NCBI GenBank assembly: GCA_029261055.1
Contig: JAJDCA010000044.1
Coordinates: forward strand, 77,867 to 141,866
Direction: 5' to 3'
Source: Candidatus Omnitrophota bacterium
GTDB taxonomy: Bacteria > Omnitrophota > Gorgyraeia > Zapsychrales > Zapsychraceae
DNA: 64,000 bases
Of this stretch, positions 31,361-41,303 are shown piece by piece (the first letter of the stretch is position 1; every line of letters begins with the position of its first letter). The position numbers and the translations under genes are program-made. The notes below the pieces were generated by a model, which saw nothing but the letters and a program-made list of their open reading frames with translations, was not told the origin of the DNA and searched no databases.

Positions 31361-32680
31361 AGGTTTGCCTTCGTAGGTAAATTGGCCAGTTTCTTCATCA
31401 AAAGATTCTAATTTCGGTAGGATGAGTTCTTCTTTAGGGAAGGAACAGGCATTGCCGGCATGCGATTCAAATTCTTTCGGGAATTTGTCAAGCATACTCG
31501 TACACAACACAGCGGCCTGCGTAGGAAGGAAGCAGCGGGTTTGATTGGTGCAGCGTCCGCATTCTAAACGGATGGCTTCGATATCCGTCATCGAACCTTG
31601 ACCTTGTTCTAAATTGTCCAAATGTCCAGCCATGATGCGGGTACCCATGTTACAAGGGATGCATTGTCCACAAGAGGACGCGGCTAGAAAATGCAAAAAT
31701 AATCGTGTCACAGCGACCATGCAACGGCTTTCATCGTAAACAATAAATCCACCGGAGCCAAGTCCACACCCGACAGCGCGCATGGAACCAAAGTCAATTT
31801 TGGTATCAAATAAATCCGGCGTCATCACACGATTGGCCACACCGGAAAACATGGCTTTAAAAGGATGTTTACCTACCGGGCCACCGGCTAAATCATACAA
31901 AGCTTCACGCACGGTTAAACCTGTTTCAACTTCATACATCCCAGGACGCTTCACATCACCGCAAAGAGAAAGTGTAATTGTTCCCGCAGTATCGTCGGTG
32001 CCAAGTGATTTAAACCACTCAACCCCATTACGTAAAATATGCGCCAAATGGGCCATGGTCTCGGCATTATTAACGACTGTTGGATTATTTTCTGTGGGGG
32101 TGTAACGTGCTCCGACTAAGAAGGGAGGGAAGTTCCGTGGCATTGGATCTCGCCCATCGATGACTTCCAACATAGCTTTTTCTTCACCTAATAAATATTC
32201 ATTCGGCCCTAAAACCAATTCAATGTAGCCTTCAGGAATAAGCTTGGCTTGTTCAAATTCAGCAATGGCTTCGCTAATACGTTTGACAATCGGCGTGTAT
32301 TTTTCTTTCGTACAAATAATCGCTTTATGCGCCTTAACAGCATGCGCCGAAATCAGCATACCTTCCAATAATTGGTAAGGATTCTTCTCGATGGTGTACC
32401 GATCTTTGTAAGTACCCGGTTCACCTTCAGCCCCATTACAGACAATATATTTGTAATTACTAGGATCATTGTAAACCGTTGTCCACTTAATCGCGATGGG
32501 AAATCCTGCCCCACCACGACCACGAAGACCGGATTGTTTGACCAATTCAATAAGTTCCTCGCTAGACATCTCACGCGATTTCTTTAAACCTTTAATACCA
32601 CCACGGGCGGCATAATCTTGTAAAGAGGTTATGGGTTTTAAATCTTCAGGAAGTAAAATACGTTTTTCTAATGGGTGCAT
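31340..32680 (-). CDS. stand-alone NuoF-like NADH/FMN/4Fe-4S flavoprotein
   Basis: GLRGRGGAGF, CNGAEGEPGTYKDR, VVNNAET, SCGQCIPC...C. Confidence 0.88.
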   Translation of the reverse strand: MHPLEKRILLPEDLKPITSLQDYAARGGIKGLKKSREMSSEELIELVKQSGLRGRGGAGFPIAIKWTTVYNDPSNYKYIVCNGAEGEPGTYKDRYTIEKNPYQLLEGMLISAHAVKAHKAIICTKEKYTPIVKRISEAIAEFEQAKLIPEGYIELVLGPNEYLLGEEKAMLEVIDGRDPMPRNFPPFLVGARYTPTENNPTVVNNAETMAHLAHILRNGVEWFKSLGTDDTAGTITLSLCGDVKRPGMYEVETGLTVREALYDLAGGPVGKHPFKAMFSGVANRVMTPDLFDTKIDFGSMRAVGCGLGSGGFIVYDESRCMVAVTRLFLHFLAASSCGQCIPCNMGTRIMAGHLDNLEQGQGSMTDIEAIRLECGRCTNQTRCFLPTQAAVLCTSMLDKFPKEFESHAGNACSFPKEELILPKLESFDEETGQFTYEGKPLLVEQF

Positions 32681-32862
32681 GAATGTCTCCGACTTGTTAA
32701 GTAAATAAGTAAACCAATATTACAATGGCTTTGTACTTCGATCAAGATAAAAATCAAAATAATAATTTCGATTCTTGACAAAATACAGAGGGTGTAGTAG
32801 CTTAGGCATGTCTTAAAACTTCGAAAAACTTTGTCATACAACTCCTAACCGAAAGGCAAAAA

Positions 32863-33585
32863 ATGCATAATCGTAAATGGATTCCAACTGTTTTTACCAT
32901 CCTATCCTTCTTAATAATAACATCTTCCACTTTTGCCGCAAGTATTTCCGGCACTATTACTTACGACGGTAAAGCCCCTAAATTTAAACCCATCAAAATG
33001 GATGCCGATCCAATGTGCGTGGCTAAACATTCTGGGGAAGTTATGCCTCAAAGTCTTATTCTTGGAGAAGGCAATACCATGGGCAATGTTTTTGTTCACG
33101 TAACCGGTGGACTACCCAACAAAACCTTTGAAGCTCCCGCAGAACCTGTTACCCTTGATCAAAAAGGATGCCTTTATGAACCCCATATCTTAGGCGTCAT
33201 GGTCGGTCAACCCGTTAAAATTCTTAACCCCGACGGTACCCTTCACAATGTTCATGCCATCAGCAAAGTTAATCCTGAATTTAATTTGGCTATGCCAAAA
33301 TTCCGTAAAGAAACAACAAAAACATTTGAAAAAGCAGAATTTATGTTTCCTATTAAATGTGATGTTCATCCCTGGATGGTCGCCTGGGTTTCTGTCATGG
33401 AGCATCCCTATTTTTCAGTGACAAAAGAGGATGGTCAATTCACATTAGACAATCTTCCGGCTGGTACCTATGAAATCGAAGCCTGGCATGAAAAATTAGG
33501 GACAAAGAAAATGAGTATTACGTTAACCGGTGATGAAACTAAAGAGGCTGATTTCACCTTCAGCCGTCCTTCCAAAAAAAATTAA
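32863..33585 (+). CDS. exported cupredoxin-like/carboxypeptidase-regulatory-like protein
   Basis: Signal peptide; LDQKGC, LHNVH, KCDVHPWM, GTYEIEAWHE. Confidence 0.75.
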   Translation: MHNRKWIPTVFTILSFLIITSSTFAASISGTITYDGKAPKFKPIKMDADPMCVAKHSGEVMPQSLILGEGNTMGNVFVHVTGGLPNKTFEAPAEPVTLDQKGCLYEPHILGVMVGQPVKILNPDGTLHNVHAISKVNPEFNLAMPKFRKETTKTFEKAEFMFPIKCDVHPWMVAWVSVMEHPYFSVTKEDGQFTLDNLPAGTYEIEAWHEKLGTKKMSITLTGDETKEADFTFSRPSKKN

Positions 33586-33601
33586 TCAAGGGATAATTCA
33601 T

Positions 33602-35326
33602 ATGAGTAAAAATCATGATGCAGAGTTAGGCTTTTGGCGAAAATATGTTTTTTCAACAGATCACAAAGTCATTGGAATTCAATACGGATTGACCGCATTG
33701 TGTTTTCTCCTGTTTGGATTTGCTCTTATTTTGGTTATGCGCTGGCAATTGGCATTTCCCGGCGAACCTATTCCATGGCTAGGGAAATTGCTCGGTGAGG
33801 GAAGAGCCGCCGGAGGCGTTATGCTGCCGGAATTCTACAATGAACTTGGTGCTATGCATGGCACAATCATGGTATTTTTGGGCGTTGTCCCATTGGTCGT
33901 CGGAGCTTTTGGTAACATTGTTATGCCGTTACAAATCGGCGCACCGGATATGGCCTTTCCTAAATTAAATATGGCTAGCTATTGGGTTTTCCTTTTAGGC
34001 GGTATCACCATGATTTTCAGTTTCTTTATGCCGGGTGGGGCCGCTAGTTCAGGTTGGACCTCGTATCCGCCATTAGCTAATCTTGCCACCGTTGGACAAA
34101 CCGTTTGGATTTTGGGAATGGTTTTTCTTATTACATCTTCATTACTCGGCGCCATCAATGTTATTGTTACTATTTTTCAATTACGCGCAGAAGGCATGAC
34201 ATTTATGCGGTTGCCATTTTTCGTGTGGTCTCAGCTTGTCACCGCATTTCTCCTGGTCTTGGCTTTTCCTCCATTAGAAGCGGCGGGTATTCTACAATTA
34301 CTGGACCGGGTTATCGGGACCAGTTTTTTTATGCCTAGCGGTCTTGTCGTCAGTGGAGAACCTTTAGACATAAGTGGTGGAGGGAGCGTCCTGTTGTGGC
34401 AACATTTGTTTTGGTTTTTGGGACATCCGGAAGTGTATGTCATGATTTTGCCAGGCATGGGTATTGTAGCCGAAATTCTTGCTAATAATACGCGTAAACC
34501 ACTTTGGGGTTACAGAACCATGGTTTATTCCATTGTTTTTCTTGGATTTGTTTCATTTATTGTCTGGGCCCATCACATGTTTTTAACGGGCATGGGCACG
34601 GCCTTAAGTGGATTCTTCCAAGCGACCACCATGATCATTTCCGTTCCATCTGTTATTATTTTGACCGCCTTTTGTATTTCCCTTTGGGGTGGATCCATTC
34701 GCTTTAACACACCCATGCTTTTTGCATTAGCCTTTATTCCCATGTTTGCAATCGGAGGCTTAACAGGATTGCCGCTTGGTATCGCGATGACAGATATCTA
34801 TTTGCATGACACCTATTATGTCATTGGTCATTTTCACTATGTTGTTGCACCATCGCTGATTTTTGCTATTTTTGGCGGTATTTACTATTGGTTTCCAAAA
34901 TTTACAGGCCGAAAGTTAAATGAATTTCTTGGGAAATTACATTTTTGGCCATCTTTATTTTTTATGAATTGTGTTTTTATGCCGATGTTTGCCCAAGGCC
35001 TTGCAGGTATGTCTCGACGTCTTTATGATGGGGGAGAGACCTACGCATTTCTTGAACCGGTTATTGCCCTTAATAAAATGATTTCTTATTCTGCTTGGGC
35101 TTTGGCGGCTGTTCAGGTTATTTTTATTATTAATTTTCTGTGGAGTCTTTTCCAAGGCGAAAAAGTTACATCGGACAATCCTTGGGACTCGACGACCCTT
35201 GAATGGCAAACGCCGACACCTCCACCGCATGGAAACTTTTTAACATTACCTGTGGTTTGCCGTGGGCCTTATGAATACAGCGTCCCTGGAGCATCAAAAG
35301 ATTATTCACCCCAGAATGAAAAGTAA
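33602..35326 (+). CDS. ctaD: cytochrome c oxidase subunit I (A1 type)
   Basis: STDHKVIG, MHGTIM, GHPEVY, WAHH, GHFHY. Confidence 0.97.
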   Translation: MSKNHDAELGFWRKYVFSTDHKVIGIQYGLTALCFLLFGFALILVMRWQLAFPGEPIPWLGKLLGEGRAAGGVMLPEFYNELGAMHGTIMVFLGVVPLVVGAFGNIVMPLQIGAPDMAFPKLNMASYWVFLLGGITMIFSFFMPGGAASSGWTSYPPLANLATVGQTVWILGMVFLITSSLLGAINVIVTIFQLRAEGMTFMRLPFFVWSQLVTAFLLVLAFPPLEAAGILQLLDRVIGTSFFMPSGLVVSGEPLDISGGGSVLLWQHLFWFLGHPEVYVMILPGMGIVAEILANNTRKPLWGYRTMVYSIVFLGFVSFIVWAHHMFLTGMGTALSGFFQATTMIISVPSVIILTAFCISLWGGSIRFNTPMLFALAFIPMFAIGGLTGLPLGIAMTDIYLHDTYYVIGHFHYVVAPSLIFAIFGGIYYWFPKFTGRKLNEFLGKLHFWPSLFFMNCVFMPMFAQGLAGMSRRLYDGGETYAFLEPVIALNKMISYSAWALAAVQVIFIINFLWSLFQGEKVTSDNPWDSTTLEWQTPTPPPHGNFLTLPVVCRGPYEYSVPGASKDYSPQNEK

Positions 35327-35344
35327 AGAGGAGAACAATACCCT

Positions 35345-35938
35345 ATGTTAATTCCATACACTGTTAAACCAAGAGAAGATACCGGTATGTACAATGCCAA
35401 ATTGGGCATTTGGCTATTTTTAGCTTCCGAAGTCATGCTGTTTGGTGGATTATTTTCTGCTTACGTTATTCTTCGCGTCGGAGCCGGTGATGCTTGGCCT
35501 GTTGGGGCCAGTATTTTAAATGTACCCATTGGAGCTTTTAACACACTTCTTCTCATTACATCAAGTCTGACCATGGTCTTTTCGTGGATCGCCTTAAAAC
35601 AAAAAAATCTTGATAAATTCAAAAGAAACATGGGGATAACCATCCTGCTAGCCTTGGCCTTTCTGGTCATCAAAGGCTTTGAATACAATGCAAAATTTTC
35701 CCATCAGATGTTCCCTAGTAAAAGCACATTTCTCGCCATTTATTTTACGTTAACAGGTTTACATGCCCTTCACATTATTGGCGGCATAATCGTTAATGCT
35801 TATTTCTGGGGACCGGGAAGAAAAATGTGGTACAGCGATCCAGAAAGATTCACAAATCGTATTGAAATTGCCGGCCTGTATTGGCATTTTGTGGATTTAG
35901 TTTGGATATTCTTATTTCCAGTACTCTATTTATTGTAA
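35345..35938 (+). CDS. ctaE: cytochrome c oxidase subunit III
   Basis: FLASEVMLF, TGLHALH, YWHFVDLVW. Confidence 0.95.
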   Translation: MLIPYTVKPREDTGMYNAKLGIWLFLASEVMLFGGLFSAYVILRVGAGDAWPVGASILNVPIGAFNTLLLITSSLTMVFSWIALKQKNLDKFKRNMGITILLALAFLVIKGFEYNAKFSHQMFPSKSTFLAIYFTLTGLHALHIIGGIIVNAYFWGPGRKMWYSDPERFTNRIEIAGLYWHFVDLVWIFLFPVLYLL

Positions 35939-35951
35939 AAAGGAGACCATT

Positions 35952-36305
35952 ATGGCATCAGGTTCACATGACATAACAAGCGAAATTAAAAAATTTAAAG
36001 GCATTTACATTGGGCTGCTATTTTTAACCGTTGTGACCGTCGCTGTTTCATATTTAACTGTTGGCGTATGGGCCGCCATTACTATTGCCCTTGTTATTGC
36101 CACATTTAAAGCCTCGCTTGTCGCCGGTTATTTCATGCATTTATTCAGTGAAAAAAAGTTAATTGTTACTTTAATTGGCTGTACCATTTTCTTTTTCATA
36201 TCCATGATGATTCTAATTTTTGCAGGACAATTCAATGTCCCGGAGGGATTACAGTATCTACCGACAGAACAGCATGTACCGGAGGGATCACACCATGTCT
36301 CTTAA
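35952..36305 (+). CDS. ctaF: cytochrome c oxidase subunit IV
   Basis: KASLVAGYFMHL; three TM helices. Confidence 0.88.
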   Translation: MASGSHDITSEIKKFKGIYIGLLFLTVVTVAVSYLTVGVWAAITIALVIATFKASLVAGYFMHLFSEKKLIVTLIGCTIFFFISMMILIFAGQFNVPEGLQYLPTEQHVPEGSHHVS

Positions 36306-36489
36306 AGATTTTCATATTGTTTTTATCCTTAGCTCAATTCTTTTGTTATTTGGATTTTCCTACTGGGGATGGCAAAATTTTACACATCATCCTATTGCAG
36401 CGTATTTGTGGACAGCTATTTTATCAGGAATCAGCGCATCTGCATTAATTGCCTATGAAATTTTATTTATTAAAAAAGTGAATGCCTAA
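36295..36489 (+). CDS. small 2-TM protein in the cox operon
   Basis: MSLKDFHIVFI...; GGAGG upstream; overlaps both neighbours. Confidence 0.7.
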   Translation: MSLKDFHIVFILSSILLLFGFSYWGWQNFTHHPIAAYLWTAILSGISASALIAYEILFIKKVNA

Positions 36490-36679
36490 GAATATGCTCC
36501 AGAAATTAAAAAATATTCCATTTGCCTGTAGTGTATGTTTTTCCGTCGTTAAAGATGATCCGATGAATGTGGCCTTAAGAGCATCGGTTCTTTGTCTGTT
36601 AGCAATTCTTTTAGTCACTTTAGGCTGTTTTGTAAAATTCTTTCTGGGCGTCCGTAAACGGGCTAAAGTAACGACATAA
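36482..36679 (+). CDS. small membrane protein with CxxC
   Basis: ACSVCF followed by a TM helix; within the cox operon. Confidence 0.7.
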   Translation: MPKNMLQKLKNIPFACSVCFSVVKDDPMNVALRASVLCLLAILLVTLGCFVKFFLGVRKRAKVTT

Positions 36680-36785
36680 AAGAAGCAAGATGTAGAGAAT
36701 CAAGAAGCAGCGAAGACAAAAATAAACTAATTTAATTCCTTATTTTTTCTCTGCGTCTTGCGACTTTACTTCTCTGCATCTTAAA
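36680..36785. repeat. degenerate heptamer-periodic inverted repeat
   Basis: AGATGTAGAGAA..CAAGAAGCAG / CTGCGTCTTG..TTCTCTGCATCT around an AT-rich spacer. Confidence 0.5.
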
Positions 36786-36800
36786 AAGAGGGGAGAGATA

Positions 36801-37583
36801 ATGAATTTACGTGAGTTGTTATTTTTACCAATTAATGCTTCTGCGCATGGGCATGAAATTGATTTTGTTAATTATTTATTTCATATTTTTATGGTCGTGC
36901 TTTTGATCGGATGGGGTCTTTTTTATTTTCTCTGCCTTTTTAAATTTAACAAACGCGCTAACCCCAAAGCAAGCTACACAGGGGTCACATCTCACACCTC
37001 GACTTGGCTTGAAATTGCCGTGGTTGTTTTTGAAGCCGTTATCCTACTTGCATTTGCCATCCCTTTTTGGTCGAAACAAGTGAATGCTTTTCCAAAACGA
37101 CCAGACGCCATGCAAGTCCGGGTTATTGCGGAGCAGTACGCTTGGAATGTTCACTATTCCGGAGCAGATGGCGTTTTTGGCAAAACCAACCTAGAATATT
37201 TTGATAAACAATCTAATCCGTTGGGTATTGATCCAAATGATCCTGCTGGAAAAGATGATATTCACATGATCAATCAATTACATCTTCCTAAAGGAAAACC
37301 AGCCATTATTCATTTAACATCCAGAGATGTGGTTCATAGTTTTTCTCTTCCGCATATGCGTGTAAAACAAGACGTCATTCCAGGCATGAGTATTCCTACA
37401 TGGTTTACACCCACCAAATCAGGACAATTTGAAATTGCCTGTGCCCAATTATGTGGCCTTGGGCATTACCGAATGAAAGGTTATCTCACGGTTGAAGACC
37501 AAGAGACATTTGATCAATGGTTAGCAAATCAAACAACGGCAGGCGGTGATGGGGATGAAGAATTTGATGACTTCTGGAACTAA
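36801..37583 (+). CDS. ctaC: cytochrome c oxidase subunit II (CuA)
   Basis: Two TM helices, QYAW, DVVHSF, CAQLCGLGHYRM. Confidence 0.95.
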   Translation: MNLRELLFLPINASAHGHEIDFVNYLFHIFMVVLLIGWGLFYFLCLFKFNKRANPKASYTGVTSHTSTWLEIAVVVFEAVILLAFAIPFWSKQVNAFPKRPDAMQVRVIAEQYAWNVHYSGADGVFGKTNLEYFDKQSNPLGIDPNDPAGKDDIHMINQLHLPKGKPAIIHLTSRDVVHSFSLPHMRVKQDVIPGMSIPTWFTPTKSGQFEIACAQLCGLGHYRMKGYLTVEDQETFDQWLANQTTAGGDGDEEFDDFWN

Positions 37584-38541
37584 CACCTGGCTACGTCGAC
37601 TTTCCAAGCTCACATGCTTTTCCACACTATTATTAATTTTTATCGGTGGCATGGTTACAAGCACAGGTTCCGGCTTATCCGTCCCTGATTGGCCCTTATC
37701 CTACGGTATGTTTTTTCCTCCCATGGTTGGCGGTGTTTTTTATGAACATGGCCACCGCATGGCCGCTACGCTTGTCGGATTCTTCATGCTTTGTTTAGCC
37801 GTATGGCTAGGATTTAAAGAACCCCGAAAATGGATACGTTGTTTAGGGTTCTGGGCTTTAGGTGCCGTGATCTGTCAAGGCGTCTTAGGTGGCGTAACTG
37901 TATTATTTTTTCTACCAACCCCTGTGTCTGTGGCCCATGGTGTCCTGGCACAAACATTCTTTATTTTAACCATTGTCATCGCTTACAGCCTTTCTGTTGA
38001 ACGTAAACAAAGAGAAGGGACGGAAGAACAAACCCACCCCATGATTCTTAAGACTATTTTTATGTTTACGACACTCATTTACATACAACTCATCCTCGGC
38101 GCCATTATGCGCCATTCACATTCTGGGTTGGCTGTTTTAGATTTCCCAAAAATGGGAGGTTATTGGATACCACCTTTTAATCAAGATATGCTTCATACAC
38201 TTAATGATTGGCGTTTTGATTTGAATTTAGACCCTGTGTCCATGAGCCAAGTTGTCATCCATATTATTCACCGCGCATGGGCTGTATTTATTTTAGTTAT
38301 GCTGGCTATGTTAAACGCCGTGGGCAGAAAATATGCCTCAAAGAATAAAGACGTTATGCGAACACTTTTGATGTTAAACAGCTTTGTTGCTTTACAAATC
38401 ATTTTAGGCATTGCAACTATCTTAACGCAAAAATCTCCACAGATAACAAGCTTTCATGTCGTAACAGGCGCCGCAACTTTGGGGGTATCCGTGCTATTAC
38501 TTCTACGTGCCGCACCGTTAAATTGTTCCAAATTAAAATAA
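37546..38541 (+). CDS. ctaA: heme A synthase (COX15/CtaA family); true start may be ATG37567
   Basis: TGSGLSVPDWP, EHGHR, VAHG, HRAW; about eight TM helices. Confidence 0.9.
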   Translation: MMGMKNLMTSGTNTWLRRLSKLTCFSTLLLIFIGGMVTSTGSGLSVPDWPLSYGMFFPPMVGGVFYEHGHRMAATLVGFFMLCLAVWLGFKEPRKWIRCLGFWALGAVICQGVLGGVTVLFFLPTPVSVAHGVLAQTFFILTIVIAYSLSVERKQREGTEEQTHPMILKTIFMFTTLIYIQLILGAIMRHSHSGLAVLDFPKMGGYWIPPFNQDMLHTLNDWRFDLNLDPVSMSQVVIHIIHRAWAVFILVMLAMLNAVGRKYASKNKDVMRTLLMLNSFVALQIILGIATILTQKSPQITSFHVVTGAATLGVSVLLLLRAAPLNCSKLK

Positions 38542-38553
38542 AGAATTCCTGCC

Positions 38554-39420
38554 ATGAAAAAAGAATCTATCATTTCTTCATACATTGAACTCACAAAACC
38601 ACGTATTACAGCTTTAGTATTGGTAACAACAACATTGGGATTTTATTTAGGAGGCGAGGGGATAAACTCTTTTTCATTACTGTGTTCGCTTTTAATCGGT
38701 GCATGGCTGGTCTGTGCTGGCTCGTCAACATTAAATCATTATTTGGAACGCGAATTTGACAGCAAAATGACGCGGACAAAAAATAGACCTATTCCATCCG
38801 GAAAAATCCCTCCAACCCATGCGCTTAATTTCGGAATATTGTGTACTTTATTAGGCCTTTTTATGCTGTATGTAACCGTAAATATTCTTACTGCTTTTTT
38901 AAGCCTTTTGACAACATTTCTTTATGTTTTGGTTTACACCCCTATGAAAAGAGTGAGCTGGTTAAATACAACCGTAGGGGCCATTCCAGGGGCTATTCCA
39001 CCATTAGGAGGGTGGGCCGCGGCGACAGGTACACTAAATTTTGATGCCGGTGTTTTATTTCTAATTTTATTTTTGTGGCAACACCCACACTTTTACGCCA
39101 TTGCCTGGATGTTTAAAGAAGATTATGCGCGCGGCGGATTTAAAATGCTTCCAATCGTTGATCCCGATGGCCAACGGACGTTTAAACAGGTTTTAATGTA
39201 TTCGATCGCATTAATTCCAATTTCATTGATTCCAGCCGTAACAGGGCTTTCAGGACCCATTTATTTTGTAGGCACATTGATGGCGGGTCTTTGGCTTTTA
39301 GGAATTAGTCGAAAGTTTATTCGCTCAGCTTCGGTAGCTAATGCCCGGCACCTCTTAAAAGCGACCGTTATTTACTTACCTTTATTACTTCTATTAATTG
39401 TAGTTGATGCTCAATTTTGA
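38554..39420 (+). CDS. ctaB: protoheme IX farnesyltransferase
   Basis: LTKPR, DSKMTRTKNRP, YTPMKR, WQHPHF. Confidence 0.96.
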   Translation: MKKESIISSYIELTKPRITALVLVTTTLGFYLGGEGINSFSLLCSLLIGAWLVCAGSSTLNHYLEREFDSKMTRTKNRPIPSGKIPPTHALNFGILCTLLGLFMLYVTVNILTAFLSLLTTFLYVLVYTPMKRVSWLNTTVGAIPGAIPPLGGWAAATGTLNFDAGVLFLILFLWQHPHFYAIAWMFKEDYARGGFKMLPIVDPDGQRTFKQVLMYSIALIPISLIPAVTGLSGPIYFVGTLMAGLWLLGISRKFIRSASVANARHLLKATVIYLPLLLLLIVVDAQF

Positions 39421-39421
39421 T

Positions 39422-40015
39422 ATGAACCTTTTTCTAAAACGCCAATTTCTTTTTTTAATTATTGTAACGGTTGCCTGCGCAATTGCCTTTACCCTGTTTA
39501 CTTTAAAAAAAGAACTCGCCAAACCAAACCTTCCTGTCTTGGGACAAATTCATGATTTTTCGTTAACCGACTCCAATAACAAAAACTTCTCGGTTAAAAG
39601 CCTTCAAGGAAAGGTCTGGGTAGCTGATTTTATTTTTACAACATGTGGCAGCATTTGCCCAATTATGTCTGGAAATATGGCGTCTTTAGCGCGGTCATTT
39701 GATTTAGAAAAGGACGCCGCCTTTGTATCGATTACCGTGAACCCGGAATATGATTCTCCCGAAGTACTCCGAAATTACGCGAAGAAATATGATGCCTACA
39801 CATCAAAGTGGCATTTTCTAACGGGTCCACGCGAAAAAATTAGAGAAATTCTTATTAAAAATTTTAAATTGGGAGATATGGAAGAGCCCATTTTTCACAG
39901 CTCATATTTCACACTCGTTGATCGAAATGGCATGGTTCGTGGCTATTATGACGGAACACAAAAAGAAGCTGTACGTAAGTTATTTAAACATTTGTCTGTC
40001 ATTCTTAAAGAGTAG
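39422..40015 (+). CDS. SCO family copper chaperone
   Basis: FTTCGSICP (CxxxC), HSS; N-terminal TM. Confidence 0.92.
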   Translation: MNLFLKRQFLFLIIVTVACAIAFTLFTLKKELAKPNLPVLGQIHDFSLTDSNNKNFSVKSLQGKVWVADFIFTTCGSICPIMSGNMASLARSFDLEKDAAFVSITVNPEYDSPEVLRNYAKKYDAYTSKWHFLTGPREKIREILIKNFKLGDMEEPIFHSSYFTLVDRNGMVRGYYDGTQKEAVRKLFKHLSVILKE

Positions 40016-40044
40016 GAACCTAAGGATGCTGTCTTAAATAGACT

Positions 40045-40461
40045 ATGGATATTCACTCATTACCCACCCTAAATGCCTGCCTAAATGCCACCGCATTTAT
40101 TTTTTTATGCTCTGGGTGGTTAGCGATTAAAAACAATAAAAAAAAACTTCATCGCACCTTAATGATTGGTGCTTTGATCGCATCAGGACTATTTTTGTCT
40201 TCCTATCTGACCTACCATGCCTTAGTCCCGGGTGTGACACGATACACAGGACAGGGCATAGCTAGAATCATCTATTTCACCATTCTCTTAACCCACACAC
40301 CCTTAGCCACCATTATTGTCCCATTCTGCGCTATGGCCGTCTACCATGCCATTAAAAAGAATTGGACAAAACACACACAAATCACCCGCTGGCTCATGCC
40401 GATCTGGATGTATGTCTCTGTAACAGGGGTGTTGATTTATTTGATGTTGTACATTTTGTGA
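40045..40461 (+). CDS. DUF420 family membrane protein
   Basis: LPTLNACLN, FLSSYLTYH, PIWMYVSVTGV. Confidence 0.9.
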   Translation: MDIHSLPTLNACLNATAFIFLCSGWLAIKNNKKKLHRTLMIGALIASGLFLSSYLTYHALVPGVTRYTGQGIARIIYFTILLTHTPLATIIVPFCAMAVYHAIKKNWTKHTQITRWLMPIWMYVSVTGVLIYLMLYIL

Positions 40462-40513
40462 TATGTGGTATACTTAGAATGTACATAATTCAGTACATAT
40501 GAAAGGAGGACAC

Positions 40514-40768
40514 ATGAAAACATTAACCGCAACAGATGCCAGAAATAACTGGTTTAAACTTCTTAAAGATTCTGTTAGCAGTCATCGTATTTATCAAATA
40601 ACTTCCAAAGAGGGTGATGCTGTTATTCTTTCTAAAGAAGATTATGAAAGCCTCATTGAAACACTTGAACTGCTTTCAATTCCAGGGATGTTAAAAAGTA
40701 TTAAACAAGCTGACAAAGAAATTGCAGAAGGAAAAACCCGAACAATGGAAGAGGTTTTTGGTGATTAA
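40514..40768 (+). CDS. Phd/YefM antitoxin
   Basis: TATDARNN...LSKEDYESLIETLELL; GGAGG RBS; TGTACA-like operator upstream. Confidence 0.92.
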   Translation: MKTLTATDARNNWFKLLKDSVSSHRIYQITSKEGDAVILSKEDYESLIETLELLSIPGMLKSIKQADKEIAEGKTRTMEEVFGD

Positions 40769-41027
40769 AAAAACGCATTATGCTATTAAATTCAGCAAGC
40801 AGGCTGAAAAAGATTTACAAAAATTAGACCCCCACCTGAAGAAAAAACTTCATGATATTCTTAAAAAGATTATTGCCGTTAATCCTTATGAGGGAAAAAA
40901 ATTAATTGGTGAACTTTTAGGGAATTATTCATATCGTTTAAGCTTCAAAGATCGCATAGTTTATGACATCATAGAAAATAAAAAAATTATTAATCTTAAA
41001 AGGGTAAGAACTCATTACGGTGATTGA
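40761..41027 (+). CDS. RelE/YoeB-family toxin
   Basis: FSKQAEKDLQKL...YSYRLSFKDRIVY...THYGD. Confidence 0.9.
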   Translation: MIKKTHYAIKFSKQAEKDLQKLDPHLKKKLHDILKKIIAVNPYEGKKLIGELLGNYSYRLSFKDRIVYDIIENKKIINLKRVRTHYGD

Positions 41028-41143
41028 TAGTTTATTAAAAAATAAATACCGAAAGCGAGGAGGAGAATAGCGGTGACGATGAGGACGAAGATCATCTTCT
41101 TAAAACCGTCAGCGCCGGTGTCGAATTTAAGAATGGTGCGCAT
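41015..41143 (-). CDS. 42-aa single-TM protein (not in ORF track)
   Basis: MRTILKFDTGADGFKKMIFVLIVTAILLLAFGIYFLINYQSP*; starts 4 nt after the previous stop. Confidence 0.5.
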   Translation of the reverse strand: MRTILKFDTGADGFKKMIFVLIVTAILLLAFGIYFLINYQSP

Positions 41144-41147
41144 ATCT

Positions 41148-41303
41148 TTATTTTTTCCTTTCCAACAACCATCCAACCACAAAAAGTAAAGTACCTATTC
41201 CGAGAATCTTTCTATCCATTAGGGTTGGAAAATTTCTTAAAAAATCAATTAGGATAATGGTTAACCCGACAGCTTGTGCTAATTTTGCAGCATAGTGTAT
41301 CAA
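41148..41303 (-). CDS. 51-aa two-TM protein (not in ORF track)
   Basis: MIHYAAKLAQAVGLTIILIDFLRNFPTLMDRKILGIGTLLFVVGWLLERKK*; TTGA overlap with the upstream stop and GAGG RBS. Confidence 0.6.
   Translation of the reverse strand: MIHYAAKLAQAVGLTIILIDFLRNFPTLMDRKILGIGTLLFVVGWLLERKK

Noticed and set aside
36234-36290. Short duplication ATGT(C/A)CCGGAGGGAT at the ctaF 3' end
   Set aside because: Only ~15 bp, twice (VPEG x2); the second copy doubles as an RBS. Too small to interpret.
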